Shown here: positions 53,281-63,343 of the stretch, one piece after another | Layout of the letters: each line of letters begins with the position of its first letter | Numbering within the stretch: the stretch's first letter is position 1 | Assembly (NCBI GenBank): GCA_965219415.1 | Contig: CBDCNP010000002.1 | Location: 4,480,001-4,544,000 of the forward strand | From: Candidatus Marinacidobacterales bacterium | GTDB lineage: Bacteria > Acidobacteriota > Vicinamibacteria > Marinacidobacterales > DATDRI01 | Length of the DNA stretch: 64,000 bases | Reading direction: 5' to 3' | Notes under the pieces: generated by a model | What the model was told of the DNA's origin: nothing | The model's input: only the letters and a program-made list of their open reading frames with translations | The model's database searches: none | Program-made: the position numbers and the translations under genes

Positions 53281-53738
53281 AAACTGGAGCCACGGCCGGC
53301 GAGAAGGAAATTCAGACCACCGGGTTCTTTGTCTTCGGCGCCCTCACTTTGATCGTGGCACTCCTTAAGCTGGCCGTTTTCAGCGACTGGTCGTGGTGGC
53401 GAGTATCACTACCCATCTTGATCTTTGTCGGCTTCAATATCGCTTACATAGTCACGGGCTTTGGCTATCTGTCCTTTGCTGAGGCCAGGGAAAGACCCTC
53501 CCGGGACGAAGTCAACCCACTCGGTCAGCATCACGGCCCGCTCTACTGGAGCTCGATGCTCTTCTTCGCGGCGTTTGCCGATAATCTGGTCCGATACCTG
53601 GAAGGCACCGAGGACTCATTCTGGTTTTGGGGTCTGTCTGGGCGCCTTGAAGCGGTGTTCATTTTCGGCAGTCTCAGTATCGTCGGCCTATTCCTGTATT
53701 GGTCGGCGATCACACGTAGCCTTGTTGAGCCGGAGTAA
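53277..53738 (+). CDS. Passenger 4-TM membrane protein
   Basis: ATGA overlap with the transposase stop; 'DWSWWRVSLP'; four hydrophobic segments. Confidence 0.7.
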   Translation: MKTGATAGEKEIQTTGFFVFGALTLIVALLKLAVFSDWSWWRVSLPILIFVGFNIAYIVTGFGYLSFAEARERPSRDEVNPLGQHHGPLYWSSMLFFAAFADNLVRYLEGTEDSFWFWGLSGRLEAVFIFGSLSIVGLFLYWSAITRSLVEPE

Positions 53739-54203
53739 TTCGTGTAACACGGCCGTGTCAACCCGTATTCGGGTCGTGCCACGCGATCGAAGTGACGGAC
53801 GAATTTCTTGACCAAACGGGAAAAAAAGAGTGGAAGGCTCAGTGGATTTCGAACCGGCAGAGAGACCTTTATTGGTCGGCGAGTACCTTGTGTTGACCAT
53901 GGAAGATGGTCGCACGTTCAGCTTTTTACTGCCGCACTCCGGATATAATAGCATTGAGCCGTGCGGCGGTATCGAGTAGAGGCGATCCTGTGTCTGTCAG
54001 ATGGAAGACCGGAAAAGAGGCGTCCACAACCAGGGCTTTGGCATGCGCTATCGGCCAAGCGATATCGTCGTCAATCGCCACATCGAGCTGAGATTCCTCC
54101 AACAGGCCAAGGGTCCGGCATACGAAACGCCTTTCGATTGTCGGGTCATTTTGAATGATCTCTGTCACAGCACCGATATCGAAGCCCCATCCCTCGGTTT
54201 CCC

Positions 54204-55220
54204 TGTGCATCGTCAAAACTGCTCCGCCCACGAAATCAAGGACTTACGCTCCGCTTGAATTCCGGGCCGAAGACGGCGAAACTCCGCCGCTATGCTCGAC
54301 GTTGTTGTCTTCCTCGTCTCACTTGGCGTCCGTGTCATTCGGGCGATGTGTCGGCGCCGCGCCGACCTGGTGTTGGAGAACGTCGCTTTGCGGCAGCAAG
54401 TGACGGCGCTGAAGAAAGAGCGCCCACGCCCACCGCTCGACGACACGGAACGGGCTTTCTGGGTTGCTCTTCGAGGTTCGTGGCCCGTGTGGGCGAGCCG
54501 CCTGCTCATCGTCCACGCGGACACCGTGGCCCGTTGGCATCGCGACCGATTCCGACGGTACTGGGCAAATATCTCGCAGCGCCGCCATTCCGGTCGGCCT
54601 CGGATTGATGCTGAGATTCGCCGCCTCGTCCGCACGATGGCGCAAGACGGCTGGGGGGCGCCACGCATCCATGCTGAGCTCACCAAGCTCGGTTTCATCA
54701 TCTCCGAGATTACGGTGTCGCGATACCTGCCGCGGCATCCCGCGGAGCCCGACCAGCTGAAGCGATGGATGGCTTTCTTGCGCAACCATAAAGACGATAT
54801 CGCCGCCATGGATCTGTTCACCGTGCCCACCGCTTCGCTCCGGCTGCTGTACGGCTTCTTCGTCATCGAGCACGGCCGTCGGCACATCGTTCACTTCAAC
54901 GCCACGTTCCACCCGACGTCTGCTTGGGTTATTCGGCAACTGCGTGAGGCGTTTCCCTACGACACCGCTCCGAAATATCTCATCTTCGATCGCGACTTCA
55001 TCTTTAACGCTGCGGTCATCGAGTTCATCAAAGCAACGGGCACAAAACCCATTCGCACTTCGTTTCGCAGCCCATGGCAAAACGGAACTGCGGAGCGGTG
55101 GGTCGGCAGCTGCCGTCGCGAGCTCCTTGAGCATGTCGTGGTTCTCGGCGCATGGTCATCTCATCCGGCTCGTGCGAGCTTACATCAGCTACTATCACGA
55201 GGACCGTTGCCACTTGGGGC
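54204..55220 (+). mobile_element. rve IS copy 6, frameshifted near 55154 and 3'-truncated
   Basis: Left end intact; identity stops at ...CACTTGGGGC. Confidence 0.9.
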
Positions 55221-55259
55221 ATGACGAGCATACCTACGCGGGCGTTGTGCGAGTATGAA

Positions 55260-56726
55260 ATGGATAAAAAAAAGACGCTCCGAGGAACCGCACTCCTAGT
55301 TGCGGTCACATGCGGTCTCCTGGCATGGTTTCTAGCGTGTGCCAATCCGCCTTGGACCCAGGATGAAGCGGCCCTCGACATCTGCCTGAATAGCGAGCGC
55401 GAGCCTGTCGTACGAATCGAGGCCTGCCGCACCGCTGCCGAGCAGGGGGTCGCCTCAGCGCAGTTCAACCTCGGGTTCATGTATTCCAAAGGCGAGGACG
55501 TGCCGCAAGACGATGGCGAGGCAGTGAAGTGGTATCGGTTGGCCGCCGAGCAGGGATATGTCCCAGCACAGTTCGAGCTCGGGATCATGTATGGTAAAGG
55601 CAACGGTGTGCTGCGAGACGTCGGCGAGGCAGTCAAGTGGGTCCAGCTGGCCGCCGAGCAGGGATACGCCTCAGCGCAGCGCGCCCTCGGCGACCTGTAT
55701 CGCACCGACGAAGGCGTGCCCGACGGCATGCCGCAGGACTACGCCGAGGCAGTGAAGTGGTACCGGCTAGCTGCCGAGCAGGGATACGCCTCAGCGCAGG
55801 CCGACCTTGGCTTCATGTATTCCAACGGCGAGGGTGTGCCGCAAGACTATGCCGAGGCAGTGAAGTGGTTCCGGCTGGCCGCCGACCAGGGAGACGTCTG
55901 GGCGCAGCTCAACCTCGGCCTCATGCATGAGTACGGTCGGGGCGTGCCGCAAGACTACGGTGAAGCAGTGAAGTGGTTCCGGCTGGCCGCCGACCAGGGA
56001 GACGTCTGGGCGCAGTTCAGCCTCGGCAACATGTATCGCGCCGGCGAGGGTGTGCCGCAAGACTATGCCGAGGCAGCGAAGTGGTACCGGTTGGCCGCCG
56101 ACCAGGGACACGCCTCAGCGCAGAACAACCTCGGCTTCATGTATTCCAACGGCGAGGGTGTGCCGCAAGACTATGCCGAGGCAGTGAAGTGGTTCCGGCT
56201 GGCCGCCGAGCAGGGATACGCCTCAGCGCAGGCCGACCTTGGCTTCATGTATTCCAACGGCGAGGGTGTGCCGCAAGACTATGCCGAGGCAGTGAAGTGG
56301 TTCCGGCTGGCCGCCGACCAGGGACACGCCCCAGCGCAGAACAACCTCGGCATCATGTATTCCAACGGCGAGGGTGTGCCGCAAAACTACATCCAAGCCC
56401 ATATGTGGCTCAACCTTGCAGGGGCTAGAGGAGATGAAGATTCGAGAAAAGCTCGCGATCTTGTGAAGGATAAGATGACCCCTGAGCAGATCGCCGAGGC
56501 CCAGCGTCTCGCCAGCGTATGGAAGCCGGGAATGGTGATCGATGCGCCGGCCCAGATGTCTGAGCTGCCATCAGACGGCGACGCGCTACAGCAATGGGAC
56601 GACGACGGTAATGGACGGATTACCTGTGCGGAAGCGCGGCGGCACGGCCTTGCCCCTGTGCACCGAGGGCACCCCGCCTATTCCTACATGCGCGACCCCG
56701 ACAACGACGGCATCGTATGTAAATAG
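55260..56726 (+). CDS. Exported Sel1-repeat protein with C-terminal Excalibur-like Ca-binding domain
   Basis: About 9 'AVKWxRLAAxQG..AQ.NLG.MY..G.GVPQD' repeats (108-bp DNA units); 'WDDDGNGRITCAEAR...MRDPDNDGIVC'. Confidence 0.9.
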   Translation: MDKKKTLRGTALLVAVTCGLLAWFLACANPPWTQDEAALDICLNSEREPVVRIEACRTAAEQGVASAQFNLGFMYSKGEDVPQDDGEAVKWYRLAAEQGYVPAQFELGIMYGKGNGVLRDVGEAVKWVQLAAEQGYASAQRALGDLYRTDEGVPDGMPQDYAEAVKWYRLAAEQGYASAQADLGFMYSNGEGVPQDYAEAVKWFRLAADQGDVWAQLNLGLMHEYGRGVPQDYGEAVKWFRLAADQGDVWAQFSLGNMYRAGEGVPQDYAEAAKWYRLAADQGHASAQNNLGFMYSNGEGVPQDYAEAVKWFRLAAEQGYASAQADLGFMYSNGEGVPQDYAEAVKWFRLAADQGHAPAQNNLGIMYSNGEGVPQNYIQAHMWLNLAGARGDEDSRKARDLVKDKMTPEQIAEAQRLASVWKPGMVIDAPAQMSELPSDGDALQQWDDDGNGRITCAEARRHGLAPVHRGHPAYSYMRDPDNDGIVCK

Positions 56727-57113
56727 TCGTGCGCTTCAGCCATTCGATAAATAGCGCGGCCATGGCGGCGCTCCCTCGACCTCCGGGATAGACCGGACTC
56801 TACCGCTGATGCTAGCGTGGCCGCTTACGCCGATTCATGCGCCAATGCCATCACCTCCGTATCGGTCGACCCGACGAGACGCCACCGGCGTCTTATGAAC
56901 GTGGAGAGGCTCGCTCTTGCGACTGTTTTCGAATATCCGGCCTATTGTTCTGGACGCCAGGGCTAAGCCCAAGCGGTCGTGGAGATCCTCCCCTATTCGA
57001 ACGAGGTGACATCTATGCTCTGGGAGGGTGACGTTGCGGCGGTCGGCGCTTGCCTTTGCCCGCAGCCTTTGCGGCCAGCGGGGCCTGCAGGCGCTCGTAC
57101 AAAGCAAAGAGGT

Positions 57114-57373
57114 TGTGCCTTCTATTTATTCATCTGCCAGCCCATGGGTCGGAAGTCAGCCCTGCGGCGCGAAATACCCTGGATTTTGCGCGGATTCCAA
57201 GGGCGTCTAAGCTGCTGATTTGTGGTGTGCCTTCTATTTATTCATCCGCCAGCCCCATGGGTCGGAAGTCAGCCCTGCGGCGCGAAATACCCTGGATTCT
57301 GCGCGGATTCCAAGGGCGTCTAAGCTGCTGATTTGTGGTCTATTTCTAAAGGGCCGAGTTTTGGCACAGGACG
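57114..57373 (+). mobile_element. Partial plus complete MITE M2 in tandem (second unit 57226-57373)
   Basis: Second TGTGCCTTC interrupts the first copy at 57226. Confidence 0.9.
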
Positions 57374-57399
57374 CGCAACCGACCTCGCATCGCCCAACA

Positions 57400-57578
57400 G
57401 GGACTGCAACCTGCTGACCCGCCGGGCCTTTGAGTATTTTGACCAGACGACCAGCTCGCGACGAGCCTTGAAGACAGAGATGAGAGCGCGAACAAATGAC
57501 GAAATCATGTAGGCATGGTGCCGGTAGACCGAAGACTAATCAAGTTCGGGGCGCGCGGATGAATACATAGAAGGCACA
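57400..57578 (-). mobile_element. T end (to 57449) plus MITE M3 fragment ending in an X end
   Basis: GAGTATTTTGACCAGACG; ...GAATACATAGAAGGCACA. Confidence 0.8.
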
Positions 57579-57667
57579 ATCGTAGCGAAAGTCACTTACG
57601 GCTGAGGAAGATGACCAGCTGAGTTTTTGCACCATAAGCGTTGAGCAAGGGAACGCCTCGGCGCAGT

Positions 57668-60100
57668 TCAACAGATCCGGCTAGTTGGAATATCGTAGCG
57701 GGTGCAGATGTCCACAATCCGGCCTAGCATTGCCGCCGCTCGGTTACAATGACCTTGCGATTCAAGCCATTGCCCGTATCGTCGCAAGGTGAGGAGTAAC
57801 TCTGGGTGTTCGGATCCGAACACCTCCTCGCGATTGCGCAATGCTTTCGCAAAGAATTCTCCCGCTTGACCGTTTTGTCCTCTACGCGCGAGTACGGTTG
57901 CCATCGTGACATAGCTGCGTCCGATCTTTTCCGGGTTGCCGATTTCCTCGCGTAATCGAAGGCCTTCGTCGCATAGTCGAAGAGCGGTGTCGAGATTGCC
58001 TAAGCCCAGCCAGAGTTCGGCCATGTTGTTGAGTATGGTTGCATAGAAGAAATCCTGGCGTTCCCTCGATCTTTGCTCGGCAGCAAGCGCCTGCTCCAGC
58101 AGAGGCTGTGCTTCCGAAAATCTTCCGGAGCGCACATACGTGATGCCAAGATTGTTCAGGGCTAGCGACAAATCCTCATCGTCGCGACTCACAGTGCGCT
58201 GCATAATTTCGAGAGACCGTCTGAGCAAGGGCTCCGCACTCGTGAAATCGAAACGATCGGTGTACACAAGTGCCAAGTTATTGAGGCAAGTAGCAACATC
58301 AGGATCATCAGATCCTAAGTCTCGCTCTCGGAGCGCCACAGATTGGAGATGGATTCGCTCAGATTCGAGAAAGTCACCTCTCATTCTGAGATAGCAGGCG
58401 ACGCCGTTCAGTACGTTTCCGGCATCAGCAACCCCGAAACCAAATTCCGTGGTCAGCGCTGCGGCAGCGATGCCATGTGCGAGCAATCGCTCGCATCGAT
58501 GCCACGTATCATAGCTTCCTGAAGGAAATATTTTGTTCAGAGCGCGTGTTGCGCGTAGCGCCCATTGCCGCCGGGAATCATCACCGAGAGAGCCTCTCAC
58601 AACGGCTTGCACGAGACGGTGAGTGGTGTAAGTCAGCGATGCCACATCACGACGAATCAGAGAGTACCTGGTTAGCGGCTCGAACAATTTGTCACGAACA
58701 ACGGGATCATCCGCCGCTTCGGCAGCGAGCGCGGCGATGTGTTCACCCAACTCGGAGCCACCATCGATGAATATTTCGATGGGAATACTCTCGGGTGCCA
58801 AAAACGCGCTGACACGAAGCACCTCGGCTGCTGCCTGGTTCTCCGTGCCTATCTGCGCAAAGTTCATTGCCCATGTTGTTTCGACTGAAGCTGGATAATC
58901 CCCAGCAACCGGACCCGCCTCATTTAGTAGTTGGAGGTGCCGCTTTCTAAAGCTAGTCAAGTAATCCTTGAAGGACGTGTCGTGTGCAGTTACGAACGCT
59001 GCTGCCTGTTCGAGGGCCAGAGGTAGATATCCAAGTTCCTCGGCCAGTGCGGACGCTGCGTCTCTCTCGTCATTCACAGCGCTGCGCCCTGTTCGTGTGA
59101 AAAGGAAATCGACCGCATCGTCTGCCGGCATCTCAATCACATCCAAGGGCTTCGCAACGCCTACAGAATCGAGCACATGGGCGCGCGATGTTAGAAGTAT
59201 GTGCCCTTGAGGTGCGACGGGCAGAAATGGCTTGATCAATTGCGGCTGATCCGCGTTATCAAAGATAAGCAGCCAGCGAGAATTTCTGTCACACCATTGC
59301 TTTACGGCTTCAACGGTACGATTGTGATCAGGGTCGTCATTATCCACCAACCCGAGGGCTACACCAATGTCCACAAGACTTGTCTTGGTTGTGATTTCAG
59401 TATCGGCTGAAACCCACAAAATCGCTCGATACTGGTCGCGATACCGGTAAGCGTACTCGATAGCCGTCTGGGTCTTGCCGATTCCACCCATACCGCTTAG
59501 GGCTTGAGTCAACGCTGCGCGTCCCGATCTTGCGAGGCATGTACGAAGCGATGCAAGCGTTTCCTCGCGGCCGGTGAAGAATGGATTCTTGGCATATGGC
59601 ACGTTCCACACAATTAAGGTTGGATAGAAACTGGGATCCCGCGACGGCCCATCTCGTGTGCATGACTGATTTGCACGACTGCGGAGTCGCCGGAGAATTA
59701 AGTCAGCTACGTCATGCGGTGCACGGTCACCGATCATCACATACCCATCAGTGGAAAGCATCCCGGGGATCGGCGCGTCATCGAAGCGGAAGGGCATAAT
59801 ACGTTCCCCTTCCAATTGAAACAGGATATCGCGGATCTGCCGCCATTCGAGATGACACCAATTCTTCCGCTGGTAATCGGCGCAAAGAAAAGGTACCAGG
59901 AGATCAGTATGCTCACGGTAGAGCGTTCCAAGATACAGGTCGAGATCTGGCCTGGCGAGTTCTGCCGCCAGATATTCGTCGTAGAGTATGTTTTCGCGGC
60001 CGAGTTCCGCCTCAAGAGTATCAGCTACCCTCCGAACGTAGTCACGCTTTTCTCCGGAGAACGACAAGCCAACACGAAATCTTCGGTGAGTTTCTGCCAT
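57668..60100 (-). CDS. TIR / NB-ARC (STAND NTPase) / TPR protein, bacterial NLR-like
   Basis: TIR 'VGLSFSGE.R..V...WCHLEW'; Walker A 'GMGGIGKT'; Walker B 'LLIFDNA'; 'LLTSR', 'LPLAL'; TPR 'HP/DP.VA..LNNLA'. Confidence 0.92.
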   Translation of the reverse strand: MAETHRRFRVGLSFSGEKRDYVRRVADTLEAELGRENILYDEYLAAELARPDLDLYLGTLYREHTDLLVPFLCADYQRKNWCHLEWRQIRDILFQLEGERIMPFRFDDAPIPGMLSTDGYVMIGDRAPHDVADLILRRLRSRANQSCTRDGPSRDPSFYPTLIVWNVPYAKNPFFTGREETLASLRTCLARSGRAALTQALSGMGGIGKTQTAIEYAYRYRDQYRAILWVSADTEITTKTSLVDIGVALGLVDNDDPDHNRTVEAVKQWCDRNSRWLLIFDNADQPQLIKPFLPVAPQGHILLTSRAHVLDSVGVAKPLDVIEMPADDAVDFLFTRTGRSAVNDERDAASALAEELGYLPLALEQAAAFVTAHDTSFKDYLTSFRKRHLQLLNEAGPVAGDYPASVETTWAMNFAQIGTENQAAAEVLRVSAFLAPESIPIEIFIDGGSELGEHIAALAAEAADDPVVRDKLFEPLTRYSLIRRDVASLTYTTHRLVQAVVRGSLGDDSRRQWALRATRALNKIFPSGSYDTWHRCERLLAHGIAAAALTTEFGFGVADAGNVLNGVACYLRMRGDFLESERIHLQSVALRERDLGSDDPDVATCLNNLALVYTDRFDFTSAEPLLRRSLEIMQRTVSRDDEDLSLALNNLGITYVRSGRFSEAQPLLEQALAAEQRSRERQDFFYATILNNMAELWLGLGNLDTALRLCDEGLRLREEIGNPEKIGRSYVTMATVLARRGQNGQAGEFFAKALRNREEVFGSEHPELLLTLRRYGQWLESQGHCNRAAAMLGRIVDICTRYDIPTSRIC

Positions 60101-60153
60101 AGATTTCACGCAATCAATTCTGCAACTTTGAATTGTACACGGTCAAGTTTACG

Positions 60154-60275
60154 GGTGCTTCCGCCATTAAGTGTTGGTGAGATGACGCTAAGACTTTACG
60201 GTGCATTAAGTTACAGCCAAAATAGCGCTCACAACCTTCGACGCACGCTAAATGGAGCGTAAGCACTTTCTTGGT
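60154..60275 (+). mobile_element. MITE M1 truncated by rve IS copy 7
   Basis: Starts GGTGCTTCCGCCATTAAG. Confidence 0.85.
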
Positions 60276-61560
60276 TGTCCATCATCATTATTTGTCCGGG
60301 ACTGGACTCTAGGCCCGGACTGCCCTTGAGCACATGCTGGAGAGCGTGGTCAGCGCGCGAGGGAAGGTGCTGAGGACGAACTTCTCGGCGACCAGCCGAG
60401 TAACGCGAGCGACCAAGCTGACTCAGGCTGCCTCTCGCCACTCGTATCGATGGTGCAATCCACCGACTCGCGGCAGTGCGACGACTTTCGCCGTAGGAGA
60501 CGGTCGGTGCGTGACCGCTCTCAAGCTCGGTGTGTCCTTGTTCAGCCCCAAGTGGCAACGGTCCTCGTGATAGTAGCTGATGTAAGCTCGCACGAGCCGG
60601 ATGAGATGACATGCGCCGAGAACCACGACGTGCTCAATGAGCTCGCGACGGCAGCTGCCGACCCACCGCTCCGCAGTTCCGTTTTGCCATGGGCTGCGAA
60701 ACGAAGTGCGAACGGGTTTTGTGCCCGTTGCCTTGATGAACTCGATGACCGCAGCGCTAAAGATGAAGTCGCGATCGAAGATGAGATATTTCGGAGCGGT
60801 GTCGTAGGGAAACGCCTCGCGTAGTTGCTGAATAACCCAAGCAGACGTCGGGTGGAACGTGGCGTTGAAGTGAACGATGTGCCGGCGACCGTGCTCGATG
60901 ACGAAGAAGCCGTACAGCAGCCGGAGCGACGCGGTGGGCACGGTGAACAGATCCATGGCGGCGATATCGTCTTTATGGTTGCGCAAGAAAGCCATCCATC
61001 GTTTCAGCTGGTCGGGCTCCGCGGGACGCTGCGGCAGGTATCGCGACACCGTGATCTCGGAGATGATGAAACCGAGCTTGGTGAGCTCAGCATGGATGCG
61101 TGGCGCCCCCCAGCCGTCTTGCGCCATCGTGCGGACGAGGCGACGAATCTCGGCATCAATCCGAGGCCGACCGGGATGGCGGCGCTGCGAGATATTTGCC
61201 CAGTACCGTCGGAATCGGTCGCGATGCCAACGGGCTACGGTGTCCGCGTGGACGATGAGCAGGCGGCTCGCCCACACGGGCCACGAACCTCGAAGGGCAA
61301 CCCAGAAAGCCCGTTCCGTGTCGTCGAGCGGTGGGCGTGGGCGCTCTTTCTTCAGCGCCGTCACTTGCTGCCGCAAAGCGACGTTCTCCAACACCAGGTC
61401 GGCGCGGCGCCGACACATCGCCCGAATGGCACGGACGCCAAGTGAGACGAGGAAGACAACAACGTTGAGCATAGCGGCGGAGTTTCGCCGTCTTCGGCCC
61501 GGAATTCAAGCGGAGCGTAAGTCCTTGATTTCGTGGGCGGAGCAGTTTTGACGATGCACA
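60276..61560 (-). mobile_element. rve IS copy 7 (transposase 60423..61472)
   Basis: Ends intact; no TSD. Confidence 0.95.
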
Positions 61561-61561
61561 A

Positions 61562-62491
61562 CCATCGGTTCCATCCCGGACCGCGGACGACATCCACGAC
61601 CGGGCGCTCGGGGCCTTCCTCGGTCTGGCGGTGGGCGACGCGGTCGGCACGACGCTCGAATTCTGCTCCCGCGATACGCAGCCGCGTCTAGAAGACATGG
61701 TCGGTGGCGGCCCGTTCGACCTGTCGGCCGGCGCTTGGACCGACGACACGGCCATGGCGCTGGCCCTCGCCGACAGCCTAGCGGAATCCAAGACGCTCGA
61801 CTGCCGGGACCTTATGGACCGTTTCGTGAAGTGGTGGCGAGATGGAGACTACTCGTGCACCGGACACTGCTTCGACATCGGAAACACGACCCAAGAAGCA
61901 CTCACCCGGTACCTGCAGACGTGTGATCCGGTCGCGGGTTCGACCGATCCCTGGAGCGCAGGCAACGGCTCGCTGATGCGGCTCGCCCCCGTTGCGCTCC
62001 GGTTCGGGCCCGACCGGCCGCGCCTGATCGCAGCAGCCGCCGACCAGTCCCGGACGACCCACGGCGCCGAGGAAGCAGTGGACGCCTGCCGGGCGTTCGG
62101 CGCACTTCTGGCAGACGCCATCGCCGGGTCACCGTTCTCGGACGTTCTAGCTCCGAGACGATTCACGGGAGCGGCGGCAATCGCTCAGGTCATAGCCGGC
62201 AGCTGGCGAGGACGGACACGGGATACGATCCGCTCCAGCGGGTACGTCGTTCACACGCTCGAAGCCGCCATCTGGTCAGTCGCCCGCACCGGAGACTTCC
62301 GCGGCGCGGTGCTGCTCGCGGCCAACCTGGCCGACGACGCCGATACGGTAGCAGCAGTGACGGGGCAGCTCGCCGGCGCCCTCTACGGCCTGAACGCCAT
62401 CCCCGACCACTGGCGGGAACGCGTTGCTTGGAAGGATCGACTCCTGGCAGCGGCGCGGCGGTTGCTTTCGGAACCCCTTGCCGACCGGTAG
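61562..62491 (+). CDS. ADP-ribosylglycohydrolase (DraG/Tri1-like); native start probably removed by the IS
   Basis: 'DRALGAFLGLAVGDAVG', 'WTDDT', 'AGNGSLMR', 'DADT.AAVTGQLAGA'. Confidence 0.88.
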   Translation, partial: PSVPSRTADDIHDRALGAFLGLAVGDAVGTTLEFCSRDTQPRLEDMVGGGPFDLSAGAWTDDTAMALALADSLAESKTLDCRDLMDRFVKWWRDGDYSCTGHCFDIGNTTQEALTRYLQTCDPVAGSTDPWSAGNGSLMRLAPVALRFGPDRPRLIAAAADQSRTTHGAEEAVDACRAFGALLADAIAGSPFSDVLAPRRFTGAAAIAQVIAGSWRGRTRDTIRSSGYVVHTLEAAIWSVARTGDFRGAVLLAANLADDADTVAAVTGQLAGALYGLNAIPDHWRERVAWKDRLLAAARRLLSEPLADR

Positions 62492-62600
62492 AAGTTGGGT
62501 GGGTAGCCGAAGCACGGCTCCTGACCCGGTCGCAAACACAGACACTAAGCTGCTGATATTATGGCCTGTTTCAAAAGGCCGAGTTTTGGCACAGGACGAC

Positions 62601-63260
62601 ATGGCGAAGACCGCAACGCAACGGCCAAAAGCAAAGAACAAACCGTACACGTCCAGTCGGGCAATGGTGATTTTCGGCAAAACGATTTCACGCGCACGCA
62701 CGTTCGAAGTCTTGTATGAAACAACAGTCAAGAGTCGTTCGGTTTCGCATCCCGGCGACCTCATCCGAGCGACGGTCACATTTTCCGTCGCTGCTATGGA
62801 CGCGTACTTTACCGACAGGTTCTGTGAGAGCTTGGTACCCTTTCTAAAGAATCGAAGAGCCGGAAAAAACCTCATTCATCTAGTCCGTGAAGCCGGAGTT
62901 GACACCGAGCAAGTTCTCATACTCCTCACGATGAAGAGGCCATATCGTCGGATCCACACGTTAGTTAGCGCCTATCTCGAGCGGCGAACGACTCAGCGAC
63001 TCGACGCAATTGACGAACTCTTTCTTTGCTTCGGCCTTCCCGAATTCACGAAGCGCGTCGAGGGTAGTATGGGCAAGAAAACGGCGTTGGCCCGTGTGGA
63101 GAAACTCGTCGAGCGACGCCATCAGATTGTGCATGACGGCGACATGAATGAGCATGGAAAAGTGCGGCCTATAACTAAAGCAACATTTAGCCAGCTCGAC
63201 ACGTTGGAGGAGTTCGTCACGGCTGCGGACAAATTGCTCTATCAAGCGCTAACCTTCTAA
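62601..63260 (+). CDS. HEPN-domain protein
   Basis: R-x4-H 'RHQIVH'; 'DLIRA.V.FSVAAMDAYF'; ATG 2 nt after a Y end (62520-62598). Confidence 0.75.
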   Translation: MAKTATQRPKAKNKPYTSSRAMVIFGKTISRARTFEVLYETTVKSRSVSHPGDLIRATVTFSVAAMDAYFTDRFCESLVPFLKNRRAGKNLIHLVREAGVDTEQVLILLTMKRPYRRIHTLVSAYLERRTTQRLDAIDELFLCFGLPEFTKRVEGSMGKKTALARVEKLVERRHQIVHDGDMNEHGKVRPITKATFSQLDTLEEFVTAADKLLYQALTF

Positions 63261-63343
63261 AACTTCGACTCGGACAAGGAATTCCGAGCATGATTGACGG
63301 GTTCGGAGCCAGAGTCCGCGCATGCTCTTACGCAGCGCCGCAT

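Larger units (their letters stand above)
52088..53818 (+). mobile_element. Complete rve element carrying a passenger gene (transporter IS)
   Basis: Left end CGTCTGGTCAATAAACTC; right end (rc) CGTTTGGTCAAGAAATTC; 15/18 match. Confidence 0.8.

Noticed and set aside
55735-56385. 108-bp tandem repeats as a non-coding array or DGR
   Set aside because: They are in-frame Sel1 repeats; there is no RT and no adenine-specific variation.
40304-60275. ACCA flanking IS copies 5 and 7 as a split TSD
   Set aside because: The two insertions are at different positions in M1 and do not rebuild a contiguous target.
672-62598. Repeated Y/X motifs as CRISPR repeats
   Set aside because: Spacing is irregular (tens of bp to kb), both orientations occur, no cas genes are present, and Y is contiguous with a transposase start.
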